A stretch of DNA of 64,000 bases from the human T2T-CHM13v2.0 reference genome, Homo sapiens. The notes beneath the pieces were generated by a model. It ran no database searches and was not told the origin of the DNA. It saw only the letters and a list, made by a program, of their open reading frames with translations. A program made the position numbers and the translations under genes. Where the stretch lies: NCBI RefSeq assembly GCF_009914755.1, contig NC_060926.1; one strand, 5' to 3'. Below, in pieces: positions 26,561 to 42,093 of this stretch. The first letter of the stretch is position 1, and the number at the start of each line of letters is the position of its first letter.

Positions 26561-27299
26561 GACCCCTTCATTCCAATGTCATCTCACTCCTAGTTTCCGT
26601 AATGCTCGCCTAGGAAATTAGGTTGCTTTAAACATGAAAAGTCTGATTCTCTAAGCTGGAACATGGAATGGGCAGGAGAGAGATTTGGGATGATGGCAGA
26701 CAAGCCACAAAGCTGCCCAGAGTCACGAAAAACCGAGGGAGCTTGTTTTTCTAACATTTGTATATGTGACAATGCTTTTAGCATTTATTTTTTTAATTTT
26801 CAAAACACTAAAATTTTTACAACGATAATTTCTTACTGTTAAAACACAGGAAGTTGAAAAATTTAAACAATCACATTAGCAGACTGTTAACACGTTTTGA
26901 AAAATTAAGCCTTAATGTTAGAACTTGCACCATTTTGAAATAATATAAAAACCTACTGCTTTCTACCTACTGCCTAAGAATCACAATCCCATCACAAACC
27001 CAACCCGAACATTTGAGAAGAGACTTGGGCTGGCTTTTTCTTTTTTTCTTAATGGATTAAATCTCTGCAGGTCAGCAATTCATAAGGATGGTTGAATTCC
27101 AGGGAACATTAATGCGATGCCATGCTCAGTGATCATGATTGGTCCTCAGTGCCGCGCTGCTCAGATCACAGATTACCGATGTCCAGACATTGCATTCGCT
27201 TGTAGGACTGGGCTAGAATTATAAATATGCATGTGCACATAGGAGCACACGAACACATGTGTACACACACACAAAGATGCATAGACATGTCAATCCCAG

Positions 27300-27480
27300 G
27301 GTAGCTAAGAGCATAGGTTCTGGAGTCAGATCTAAGCGGAAATCCTGGATTTCTACCTGCTGGTTTGTGATCATGGAGAACTTTCCTAACTGGCCTCAGC
27401 CTCGTTTTTCTTGTGTATAAGAAATGCATAATTATTCCAAGGTTCTGTAGGTGCTGTGAGGATTCAGTGAACAAAGTATT
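27300..27480 (+). mobile_element. MIR relic
   Basis: ctggagtcaga...cctcagcctcgtttttcttgtgtataa...gctgtgaggattcagtga. Confidence 0.65.
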
Positions 27481-28780
27481 CAGGAGGCACTGTAGCCATG
27501 AGAGGTGGGTGGGCGGGAGGACTGCGGAGGGGCCTTGTGAGGAGCCGTAGGGGATTCACATGCTTACAGACAGGTGAAGGTAGACTGGGCTTCCTATCTC
27601 TCATAAGGGAGGGGCTCCCTCTGCCCTGAACAGAACTGAATTATTCTTCTCTGTGCCTCAGTTTCCTCCACTGTAACACTGGCATAACAATAAAGTCTAC
27701 CTTATGTGGCCCTTTTGAAAATCACATGGATTAATCCGGGCAGAGTACTCGGAGGAGCACCTGGCCCAGCCTCAGCACTCAATAAATGTTTGCTACTATT
27801 ATTACTATTATCCAAAAATATCTCTGCACTACGCTTTTCCGACATCTTACTTTGCACAATTTCTTGCGTACAATCTGTTTCCTTCATATCAAACAGATTG
27901 CAAATTTTTTTTCTGAAAAAAATAAAAATGAATTAAGAGAGTGTAGTAATCTAGAAAAGAGGGGGGAGAAAGGAGGGTTCCAACTGACATACAAAAAAAG
28001 AACTGATAATACAGAGAGGAAAGAGGAAAGGGAGTGTCATCCGGTGGGGATGAGGGTGCAGAAGGGGCGCCCTTGACCCCAGAAGTCAGGAAAAGCAGAA
28101 GCGCTGAGACTCAAAATGTCTGCACCATGGTGAGAAGTACCACCCTGAATATGTCCACTGTGAGACTGAAGGAGAGAAAATTCTTCTATTATCGTGTATA
28201 CACAGCTGATATTCTTCAAGTATGTCATTTTTCTTGTTCAGGCGGGCTCACCTAGGAGAATACAAATGCCTGGCGGGTAAGGATCATGTATCATCGTCAT
28301 CTAGAACCTTCCCCACGAGAGGCTTGAAGGAAGAATGGATGTTGAATGAGTGGCTAAAATGCGCTTACCCAGTATCGGGAGGACATACAGGTGAACAATA
28401 TCAGCTGTTTTCCTTTAGGTTAACAAGCAGTGTCCAAGACATAGGGCTCATGAGAATCCATCAAATACCTTCCAGTTTCTCTAGAAACATCACTAGCGAA
28501 TGGATCATCAATAGTCATTCCGCATTCAGCACCAGCTGCACCCTGGTGTATACGAGAGGTCAGCTTGGATAGAAATTCATGATGTGCATGAAGAATATGG
28601 CTTATCTGTGAGAGAAATGTTTATAGATTCCACAACTGAGCTGCCTGAGAAATTGTGAGTGAGAGAACAGAAGGTGGTGGCTGTCCATGTTATGAATGAA
28701 ACAGAGGGGACTATGAGACAGGAGAATGCAAGGTTTCATTGCACAAAGCCAGAGTTCACATCTTCTTCCAGGTCCTTTTA

Positions 28781-29174
<394 letters not shown>

Positions 29175-29432
29175 TCATTTATTTGTTTTGTTGTCCATCA
29201 GAAAGTATTTACTGAGCACCAACTCTGTGTCTGGCTCTGTTCACAGAGCTGGGCTACCTAGAGCCTAAAGGCAGCAGAGCCCTGCCTGCCTGGGGCTTAA
29301 TCAGTTAAGAACATAGTCAGCAGTGGCCTGTAAGTCCAGGTTATTGTTCAGGCTAGAATTTGACTGAAAATAAATATGCTGCTAAACAGGTAAGAAGGAG
29401 GAATGTAGAGAATTGCATCTTAAAATGGACAT

Positions 29433-30106
29433 TGTCTTATCCTTTTCAGGCAGCAATAGCACAATACAACAGACTGGGTGGTGTATAAACAACAGACGGT
29501 TTTTTCTCACAGTTCTCTGGAGGCTGAGAAGTCCAAGGTTAAGGCACAGGCAAATCTGGTGTCTGGTGAGGGCCTGTTTCCTGGTTCACAGAGGAGGCCT
29601 TCTGGCCATGCCCTCACATGGTGGAAGGGGCAAGGTAGCTGTCTGGGAAATGTTTTTGTTTTAGTTTTAGACAGAATCTCTCTCTGTCGTCCAAGCTGGA
29701 GTACAATGGCGCGATCTCGACCCACTGCAACTTCTGCCTCCTAGGTTCAAGCAATTCTCATGCGTCAGCCTCCCAAGTAATTGGAATTACAGGTGCGTGC
29801 TGCCACGCCTGGCTAATTTTCGTATTTGTACTTAGAGATGAGGTTTCACCATGTTGGCCAGACTGATCTGGAACTCCCACCTCAAGCGATCCGCCCACCT
29901 CAGCCTCCCAAAGTGCTGGGATTACAGGCGTGAGCCACCGTGCCCGGCCTGGAGTCTCTTTGATAACAGCACCAAACCCATGCATGAGGACCCTGTGCCC
30001 ACAGCCTAATCCTCTCCAAAAGGTCTCACCTCCTAAGACCATCACATTGGAGATGGGGATTTCTACATATGAAGGTTGCAGGGACACAGACCTTCAGTCT
30101 ATGGCA
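29433..30106 (-). mobile_element. MaLR LTR (MLT1A/MSTD-like) interrupted by an Alu
   Basis: ctcacagttct..ggaggctgagaagtccaag...tctggtgagggcc...accatcacattgg; 5-bp TSD-like gacat/cacat. Confidence 0.8.
29651..29949 (-). mobile_element. Alu (AluS-type)
   Basis: Full dimeric Alu in reverse orientation. Confidence 0.93.
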
Positions 30107-30964
30107 CACATGACTATAAAGGATTTAAGCTCAGGCTTCTTACACCAGCATATAGGAAGTCTATTTAGAAGCATGTAAAGTCTGAATAAGTGTGAAGCAT
30201 CTTCATAGAGCATCAGTTTTACTTGAAAGTTTGAGGAAGAGGAAAACACATGATTTTTTAATATAGATAAATTATATTGGGGAATACAAAATGTGCACTA
30301 GTTATTATGGCGAAACACAACATTTCAAAGACATTTCCTGCTTGTAACAGCACATTGAGACTGTGATCTCAAGTCGCAGGGGGCATGTGCTTACTCTCCT
30401 CTGCTGCTAGGATAGTCAATGAAAAAAATCCAAGGAGTCCTGTTTCAGTGTGTTTTTCCTATTCCGAAATATTCTGGTTAAAATTTTTCAATTAATTTAT
30501 AAATACTACTTTTTGCAGTGGAACACGTGTGGTTTAGAAGGCAATAGTATTTGATGTTAATGAAAACAAGACAGCTGAGGTCTTGGTAGCTTTTCTCAGG
30601 TGGGAAATTCATGAATTGTCATTTTTTATTGTTGTAACTTGAATATAAAAGCTGCTGCAAGGAAAACTGTCCAAATGTCAAGTTACTTTTTAACAGTAAA
30701 ACCTTCATAAATAAGCTGACATTAAAATACACTAAAGTAATTGGTTTGGGGAACATTCAAGGAAGAGAAGGTGTTAGATGATCTGAATTCTCCATCTATG
30801 AACTATGGTCATAACAATAGATCATGAATGTATTGACTGGTGAAACATAGTATTGGCCTATAGAGAGGAGCTGAGAGCAAGACATTTGAATCATTTTAGA
30901 AATGAGATTAGTTTAGGGATCGGGGTTGGAAGGGTCCCTACCAATCCTTAAAGTTCACTATGAC

Positions 30965-31430
<466 letters not shown>

Positions 31431-32999
31431 CGGGCCTTAGGTGTCCCATGGATAGACTTTATTGTGGTTCCTTGAAGCCCTGAGATAGAAATTCAGTTTT
31501 ATGTGTTCGTTTTCCTGGAGAGAGGATCCGCATCTTTCTTTGGATTCTCAAAGGGGTTCTGATTAAATACCATTTCTGGCATGTAGGGAGGGGACGCTGT
31601 AGCTGGACTCTGCAGTTGGCAAATAAGGAATGAAGACTTACATAAATTAGCATGGTCATTTTAGCTCGTGAATAGAAATAAATAAGTTTGGATCTGAAAA
31701 TAAATGAAAATATTAGACAAAAAAAAAGGAGAGAAGAAGATATTTTATGGATGTCTCAGGGATGGGCAATCAGTGTCTTCAGGATCTCCACTCTGTCTCC
31801 TTGTCAACAGATGCCCTGTTGTTATGACAGCTGGGAGGATGCATGTAGCAGCTGCTGGTGCTATTGCAAGCAAATGAAATGTGTCCTCAGACTTACAGAT
31901 TGTTTTTAACCTCTTGAAAGACTGATCGAGAGGTCCAGATGCTGGAGTGATCATAATTATGGGGACAGAGATGTATGTTACTGGGTTTTAGGTCTTCCTT
32001 CCATTCATTGGTGCTCTCAAGAGCTATACAAATAGATGTCAGAGAAAGGCTGAAACACTGAAGATGACAGAATTTAATTATAACCCAAAAGAAAAGAGTC
32101 AAGGAAGAAAAAGAGAAGGAAGGGGAAAGGATAGTGCTTATATTCCTGAAAAAAATGGATTTCTCATTCAAAGAAATTGTGTTATCTACGTGATCAGACA
32201 CTGTGAATGGAGCTTCCTACAGAAATGTTGCTATGAGGTTGCTATGCATGAGAGGGAGCCTCCACTTGTGCTGGCTAGAGAGAGTGTACCTGGGCCCCAG
32301 GCTGGAGCCATGAAGCTGGAGGCATAAGAATTCTGATGCCCTCCTTCTCTAGGGCCAGGCTTGCAAATGCTGACCAGCTGCTGTTGCAATTTTGAGCATA
32401 CCAGGCCGCCCCTAAGAAGATGGTGAGGCCACCAGATGGGTCTCCTGAGATCCACCACCTCTGAACGTGGCCTCAGCCCACTGGAACGAGGTGGGTAGTG
32501 GGTGAAGGGACTACTCAATGCTTAACGGAGCCAGAAGGGCTGACAAACCCAAGACAGTGTGGAGCTCTGGGAGGGTTTTGGTAGGAACAGCAGCCATGGA
32601 GGTACACAGCATGCGACACAGCCAGGCAGCAAGTGGGTAGAGGGGAGTAAACATGCCAGCCTCTCTCCTGGACTCTGAGGCTCTCCAGTCAGTGGCTTCT
32701 ATTGACTGAATCCATTCAGGAGCCAGAGGACAAGGGTGCCCTGGGGAGTCAGCCTCTAGAGCTCAGCCTCCTGGACCACAGAGCTGGGCACTGAAGGATG
32801 AAGAAAAGACGTGTATCTGAGAGGGTGAGGCTGTAAAAAAACAGAGCCCAGCGCTAATGCATAACAAGGAAGGAGAGTAGAGGCTGTGGCCACAGCACTT
32901 GCCCCTGAATGAACCTCTCTCTGCACCTACTGGTGCAAGGTTTGCTAGGAGTGAGTCTCTCCACGCCCGAGTAGTTTTGTGAAACAAGTGAAAGATGGT

Positions 33000-33362
33000 T
33001 GATATGATTTGAATTTGTGTCCCCACCCAAATCTCATGTCAAATTGTAATCCCCGATATTGGAGAAGGGGCCTGGTGACAGGTGATTGGATCATGGGTGT
33101 GGACTGCCCCCTTGCTGTTCTCATGATAGTGAGATCTGGTTGTTTAAAAGTATGTGGCACCTCCCCCCGACTTCCTCCTGCTCCTGCCAGGTAAGACGTG
33201 CCCCCTTTCCCTTTGCCTTCCGCCATTATTGTGTTTCCTGAGGCCTCCCCAGCCATGCTTCCTGTACAGCCTATGGAACTGTGAGACAATTAAACCTCTC
33301 TTCTTTATAAATTACTCAGTCTCAGGTAATTCTTTATAGCAGTGTAACAACTGACCAATACA
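33000..33362 (+). mobile_element. MSTA-type MaLR solo LTR
   Basis: tgatatgatttg..tgtgtccccacccaaatctcatgtc ... ctttatagcagtgt..ctgaccaataca; TSD-like atggt/atgat. Confidence 0.85.
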
Positions 33363-33442
33363 ATGATGTTATGATCTGAATTGTGCCCCCCACCCAAATT
33401 CATATGCTGAAGCCCTAACCCTTAATGTGGCTGTATTTTGAG

Positions 33443-34276
<834 letters not shown>

Positions 34277-34307
34277 AGAGATAGGGCCTTTGTGGGTAAT
34301 TAAGGTT

Positions 34308-34996
<689 letters not shown>

Positions 34997-35789
34997 AGGT
35001 TAAATGAGTTTACAAGGCTGGGGCCCTGGTCCAACAGGATTAGTGTCCTTATAAAAGTGGAAGAGACATCAGAGATCTTTTTCTTTCCATGAACTCACAG
35101 AAGAACGGCCATGTGAGGCCACAGTGAGAAGGTGGCTGTCTACACTCCAGGAAAAGGGCCCCTTCCAAACACCAACCTTGCCGGATCTTCATCCAGGACT
35201 TCCAGTCCCCAGAACTGCGAGAAAATAAGTGTCTATTGTTTAAGCCACCCAGCTTGTAGTATTTTGTTATGGTAGCCTGAGCTAGGACAGATGGCAGCTC
35301 CCCAGAAGAGGGTTCAGACATTGGTGTGGAAATCAGCCAGAAGCTGTCTAATGGCAAAGTGACAGAAAATGAGAGGCCTTTGCTGACAATCTTCTGGGTA
35401 ATTATCTTGGAATTCTGAATTTTTCACTCTCTAAAGGGAGACCTGTAAATGATTAGGGGCTTGGCAAAGAAATGTCTTCTTTGATCCTTGATGAAGACTT
35501 TTCTAAAAATAGCAGAATTGAGCAATGAAGAAAGGCTTTGGATCAGGAAGGGTTCAGGCACCCTGCAGTGAGCCTAGAATATCTGTGCTGGACATAGAAA
35601 AAGGAGCAATGATCAGATGAGGGAGGCGACTCTCTTTTAAGTCATCTGATTTCAATGCCAACTTTTAGGCGGGGTGGCCCAAAACATCACCGTGGCTCCC
35701 AGGAGGAGAGGTCACTGGGGGCATCAGAGGCAGCCTCCCCAGGGTATCAGCTGGCCTGCAATGTCTGGGCCATCCGGTCATAGCTGGAG

Positions 35790-36380
35790 TTGTGTTGTAA
35801 GCAAGTACTCCATTTTTAAAGTTTTTTCTTCCACCTTTTTTTGCTCATTCCTTATTTCAGTTTCCTAGTAATGAAATAATAACCTTTACTCTTCTTCTTT
35901 CCACCAAGCACCCCCTTGCAATGTTAGCTTATCTAACTATGTATTTGCTTAGAAGTTCCAGACGCTGAATCTTGAAACAATACAGGTGCCTATGGAATTA
36001 TAACCCCACCCCCATCCCACCCACACACACCCAGGGATTTCTTCAAGGCTAGGGTTAATTTATAGCCCAGTTGCACCCAAGATGGTGCCAGCCCATCCAC
36101 CAGATGGGACAATAACTCAAGATAAGTCACTGGAACAAGTCCTGTAGACCTGTACCACCTTGCCCTTCCTGTGTACCTCTCGTGCCAAACTTCCCTTTTT
36201 AAACCCCTGTATTCTGCCCCAAAATTTGAATTTTTTTTTTTTTTTTTTTTTTTTTAAGAGAGGAAACCTAGACCATTTCCCTACTGCTAGCTTTGGTAAA
36301 GAAAATCACTTTCCTTCTACCACACCTCATCCTTGTGATTTGATTTTGCAAGCAGCGAGCGGCCACATAGTTTCGGTCAC
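35790..36380 (+). mobile_element. ERVL-type solo LTR (MER74/MER54-like; left boundary uncertain)
   Basis: Ends gattttgcaagcagcgagcggcc....ttcggtcac, typical of this LTR group; internal gtatttgcttagaagttccag. Confidence 0.55.
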
Positions 36381-38090
36381 TAGCTGCTTGCAAAATCAAA
36401 TCACAAGAAATGTAATGGGTAGTTCATCAGCAGGGCCTGTCAGATCTCAAGCCATCTGGAGGTGGCCATCAAGGTGTCCTTGATGGAGGATAGTGCCGGA
36501 TTGCCCAGGCAGAAGTGGCTTGATGTCTAATTGGTACCTGGGCATTGGAACCTCCTTTCTTGGGCCTTTTCATTTGGGGTTTATGTTTCAAACAATGTCA
36601 ACTTGAACGATTCCTGGTGTCTTATCATGTAGCAGATTATTTCTGATTGACAGTCATTTGACCTCTTATTTTCACCTCTGTTTTAGTTACTCTGGAGAGA
36701 ATTACTATCCATCTCCTGGAGGCACCCCCAAGGTAACACAGTGCATGCGCCCCATGACCAGATGTCCCAATCTACTCTCCCAATTTAGTTTTAAAAAATG
36801 ACAACCATTTTCACACGATGCAACAACAAACAGATACTATTAACTTGTTCATAGAAATTCCCTATGATAAAATTCCCATGATAAACTCTATTTGGATTAG
36901 ATATGCTATGGTTTTAATATACTACTTAACTCTTTTTGCTAAGATTCTATTTAGGATTTTTGCCTCTGTATTTGCAAATGTGATGAGCGTAGAGTTTCCA
37001 TTTTGGCATTGTCTTAGTCAGCATTTGGTACAGAAATTATGCTAGCTGTGTAAAATGTATTGACCTACATGAAGAAAACTACAAAACTTTACTGAGAGAT
37101 ATAAAAAAAGGTAAAACAAATAGACTGAGATATCCAACACTGGATGGGAAGAATACATTTTAAAATGTGAATTCTTCCCAAATTAAATTTTTAGGTTGAA
37201 TGCATCATCGCCCCATTGGAATTACCTTTTAGCACTTAATAAAATAACTATAAAATTCATATGGAAGAAAAAATAGAGATAAGAATAATTTTGGTATTCT
37301 GGATTCTCAGTTTATTTTCTAGATAGGCCATTATATGAGTTTAACTTTTTAGTAGATAATTTTTTGTGTTAAATTTAGCCATTGTTGCCAATTTCACCTT
37401 ATATTAAGAAATTATCACAGTGGTCAGGGAATGTGACCTGTGAAATTTCTGCTTTGGGGAATTCAATGAATTCTCTTTGTAGCTAGAATATGGCCACTTT
37501 TTATACATGTTTCTTTGTATATTCTTTGTAGGTAACAAATTTTAGTCATATTTACACACATAGAAATTTTAAAATTTTCAATGTATTACAATCTTCTGTT
37601 TTTTTTCTATTTGTTTGGCCATAAAGTGACAGTTGTGTATGAAAAGCTTCCACTACAACCTGGTTTCAGTCACATTTTCCTTGTGCTTTGGAAATACTTG
37701 CTGTATGATTTATTTAGGTGTAAAGATCTCTATGAACACGAGCCCTTCTATTTATGCTGAATCTTTTACTAATATAAAATTATGTCTTTTGACTTTTTAA
37801 TGCTTTTTTCCTACGTCCTCTTTTGCCTGCTTTTGAACATTTTTATTCCTGCTTCCTTTTCATTTATGTCTGCCAAATATATCTTTGCCTTATTTTTTAT
37901 TTTTAACCTTTATGAGTCATTTTATTTTTAGATGTGCCTTATAAGCAGAATATCTTTAGATTTAAAAAAATCTGTTTGCCCTTTTGAAAAAAATTTAATC
38001 CATGTGAACTTACTATAATAATGGATAAATCTGATCTATAGATGTCATTTTTATGTTTTGCTCTTTTAAAAAATTTTGATTAGTCCTGGG

Positions 38091-38354
38091 GTTTTGTTTT
38101 GTTTTTTGAGACAGGATCTTGCTCTGTCACTCAGGCTGGAGTGCAGTGGGACAACTGTAGCTCACTGCAGCATCAATCTCCCAAGCTCTAGCTATAGTAT
38201 TTCCTCAGCCTCCTGAGTAACTGAGACTACAGGTGCACACCACCATGTCCAGCTTATTTTTGGTTTTTAGTACAGACAAGGTCTTGCTACGTGGCCCAGG
38301 GTGGTCTCAACTCCTAAGTTCCAGCAATCCTCCCACCTCAACCTTCCAAAATGC
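38091..38354 (-). mobile_element. Degenerate AluJ
   Basis: gagacaggatcttgctctgtcactcaggctggagtgcagtgg...tcctcccacctca. Confidence 0.85.
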
Positions 38355-40613
38355 TAGTTTTTATTTTCTTTTGCAACATATACAAGACGTTCTGCTTGCT
38401 TTAATATTCCACAGTAGTTTAGACCTTGGGTTCTGCATTTTAATTCTACCAGTCATAAACTGAACAACTTACCAAAATAGTTTGAAACATTAACCCAATT
38501 AATTACCGACGTTAGTACAAAACTATTTTCTTTGTCTTTTTTTCTGTTTTCTGCTTACTTTTCCCTTTCTTTTTTTTCTTCTATCCTGTTTGTCATTTGC
38601 TTCCTGTGCCTGGGGTGGGTTGAATCCTTGAGTTAGCTCCGACTGCGGACGGCCTGGCAGGAACTGAGCAAATTCGGATGATGAGAGTGGGAGCTGTGAG
38701 GATTCTAAGAGCTGCAGGGAAACCTCGCTTTTGTCTTTTCCCAGCTGGGGACAAAGCTGCAGTCCCACCTCAGGAAAATACCAGCCTGACCGTAACCCCA
38801 AACCATTCATCCTAAATTGTTTTCACTCAAGGAGTGAAAACCTTCCTACAATAGGAAATACAGAGTAAGGTAGAAAAAAGTCTTTGCACTGATCTGTGAG
38901 AGAGCCTGCAGGAGACTGAGGTGGTTCAGCTTTGCATGCAAGAGGAGCCCATATGGTCAAGTGGAGATAATAATGTGTTATGCCCTGAAGATGCAAGAAG
39001 GAGTTAAGATGCATGAAGGATAAGCCCCACCTTAAGGTCATATGGTGTCATTGAAGCCAGTTAAATGCTTGGGCAATGACTGCCTGAGTCCGGCCTGTGC
39101 TGCACTGAGGGAACACCTGGAGAGTAGCCTACCCAGATGTGGGTGAGACCTAAAGAATGAAGGGGCATTAGCCATGCTGGGGATGGCTGGGGTGTGAAGG
39201 GGGAAAACTGTTGGCGACAGAAGGAACAGCAAAGCCCTCAGAGCAAGAGAGAGCTAGAATTGGTTGTTGCAAGTGGAGGGTGCCAGCCAGGGTTTGGAGG
39301 CAAATGACAGAAACTGATTCTGTCTTGGGCAGAAGAGGAGTTTCCTGGACAGTCACTGGGAGGTCTCAGAGAATCAAAGGATGGCTAGACACTCAGACTG
39401 GACAGAGCTTTGGCAAGATCCAAGGGGCTAGGAGCTCACACTGAGACCAAGTTCACAGTGCATCATCATTGGCCAGTGGATGTTGTCACTGGAAGCACTG
39501 CCACTGGAACCTGGAGGCCACCAACCAGACTGGATTCTATTGCCGCCTCCTGGATTTTAGTGCCATTTGTTTCTGGTGCCTGAATTCCAGTTTCCAAGCC
39601 CTATGCCCCGGCACAGGCTGCCTCTGTCCAGAGGAAGGGGCACCTTTGCTCATTTGCAGGGAAGCCTGGGACTGGATATCTAGTTGACCAAGCCCAGGTC
39701 ACCCTGCCAAAGTGCCAGAGTGTGAGCAGAGCCAGCATCCAGATATGTGGGGTTCTGCAATAAGAGGTTGGTGCTATCTCCCACCAGACCTCCTGCTGTG
39801 GGAATTCCCCAAAGGAAGAGAGTCAGCAGCCAGATTTCCAAAAAATGTTAAATGTCCCCTGCAGCAGGAGGACAGAGTGCAGAGGGAAGGGCCACAGGTG
39901 AGAGGGGGAACTGGATTAGGAAGCAGATCATCCTCTTGAACTTCATGAGCAATGTGACCAATACAATAGGCCCTGAAATAACCACAACAAATGGTGACTT
40001 TGAAATGGACAAAGAGATGCTGTAGCAAGTATCATCCTCTCCTCATGTGTCACTGGTCATACAAATGGTTCTGGGCAAAGAGGGCAGCCTGCCAAACTGT
40101 TGCAGACTTTTCCAACGGCCTGATTAGAATGATTCCTCAGGGGCTGTCTGTTCAAGAACTGACCCCTCTCTAGGGCCTGCAGGGAAGGATCTTGGAACCT
40201 AGAGCTGCAAGCAGCAACTCTGGAGGCTGCACTCTGTGTGTGTGGACAGAGTGGCCATGAAGGAAGGTACTGTCACTTCCACGCCTCAAAGGGCATTGAC
40301 CTTAAATTTAGGAAATCTATTCCTATGTGTGTGTCTCTACATAAAGCAAAGGCACACAAAGCACTCAGAGGTTAAGCCATCACAGCTAGGATAGAATCAT
40401 GAAAGGGACATCACCAATGGGCTGGTTTCCCTGGGGCTGACCCTTCTGTCTGGAGCCTTCCAGGGTCTCGCCTGTAGACCCTAGTCCTTAATGCCAGGAA
40501 GGACCTGCAGAACCAGAGACAAGAGGTTTGGGTTATGCATCATGCATGGAGCTTGCAGGTTGATTGCACTGCCTAAAGAACAGCATGTTTCATGGGTTTA
40601 AATAAATCTATTC

Positions 40614-41265
40614 AGTAAACCAAAAATAAAATTATAAGCCCCCCAACCATCTGAATCGACCCCTCCTCTCAGCTGAGGCATTCCAAAGTTAACCTGAAAA
40701 ACTAGTTCAGGTCATGATGGGAAGGAAAAGTTGGACATGCCTTATTATTCCCTCCTCCCTTCTGCAATGCAGACACAACTGACCAGCATTAACATTAAAA
40801 CAGACCTTAATTAAGACTGACAGAATAGACTCTTTAAGTCTGATAAGAAACATTTGCAATCTCTTCTCTCTGAAGCCTGTTACCTGGAGGCTTCTTTATC
40901 TGCATAAGAAAACCTTGGTCTCCACAACCCCTTATCATAACTCAGACATTTCTTTCTATTGATTCCAGATCTTTAGAAAATAACTCAACCAACTGCCAAT
41001 CAGAAAATCTTTGAATCCACCAATGACCTGGAAGCCCCTGCTTCCAGCTGTCCCACCTTTCTGGACGGAACCAAGGTACATCTTAAATGTATTGATTGAT
41101 GTCTTGTGTCTTCCTAAAATGTATAAAACCAAGCTGAAGCCCAACCATCTTGGGCACATGTTCTCAGGACCTCTCAAGGGCTGTGTCACAGGCCATTAAT
41201 CACTGATATTTGGCTCAAATAAATCTCTTCAAACATTTTACAGAGTTTGACTCTTTTCATCAACA
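40614..41265 (+). mobile_element. MER4A-type ERV1 solo LTR
   Basis: gtaaaccaaaaataaaatt.taagccccccaaccatctgaat ... aataaatctcttcaaa.attttacagagtttgactcttttcatcaaca. Confidence 0.85.
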
Positions 41266-42093
41266 GTACTACCATGTGAATAATTTAATTATAATTTTTT
41301 GCATTAAAAGCATTAATTTGTTCCATGTAGGCTTTTATAATATACTACAAATATTGTAATCCTCTTTTGGCATTTTCATCATTTTTCTATATTCTGGAGC
41401 TCCAACACTGGAAGTGCTCTGGGTCCATCTGGGCTTCAAGGGGCCCAGCTTGGGTGGGGAGGGCAAGTGGGTCAAAACTTAGCCTTCTCCACAGTTTTCT
41501 GGGTCCCTGACACTTGTGGACATCATGGGCCTGCAGGGTTCCCTGGAATTCTGGGCACAAGGCCAGCGGGTTTCAGAAGCCTGCAGCAACCCCAGCACCA
41601 CTCTTAGGTTCTGGGTATATATGAAAGAGTCCTTGAAGAGAGGGACAAGGGCATTTCTTCAAGTAACTGGAACTTTCTAGGACTTCTTCCTCAGAGGGTT
41701 ACAGACTAGAAGAGCTGGGATGGGGAAAGAAAGATGTTTTGAAAATGCCCAGCCAAGTCGTGGGCATAAGCAGTGCCTCCCCACTGGGAGGACCAGCCCT
41801 CTGCCCTTACCGTGCACCCTCCCATTCTTGCACGTATGGACTCCTGTGCTTTTTCCAGGAGTGGGTTTGGCTTGATCCTCTCCCCTCCTCTCCTGGAACT
41901 GCTGAACCAGACAGGCTTCAGTCCTGCAGGCCTCAACCCAAACTCCTACATCACATTGTTTTATATCTGGCACACACCAAAGGGGTTAGAGGAGTCTGAT
42001 GAGCAATTAGTAGCCCAGGGTTCACGTACAGTTGCTAGCTCTTATGTGTTAGCACCTGTGATTTCAAGGCTATTCAAGAAAACAACGCATTTC

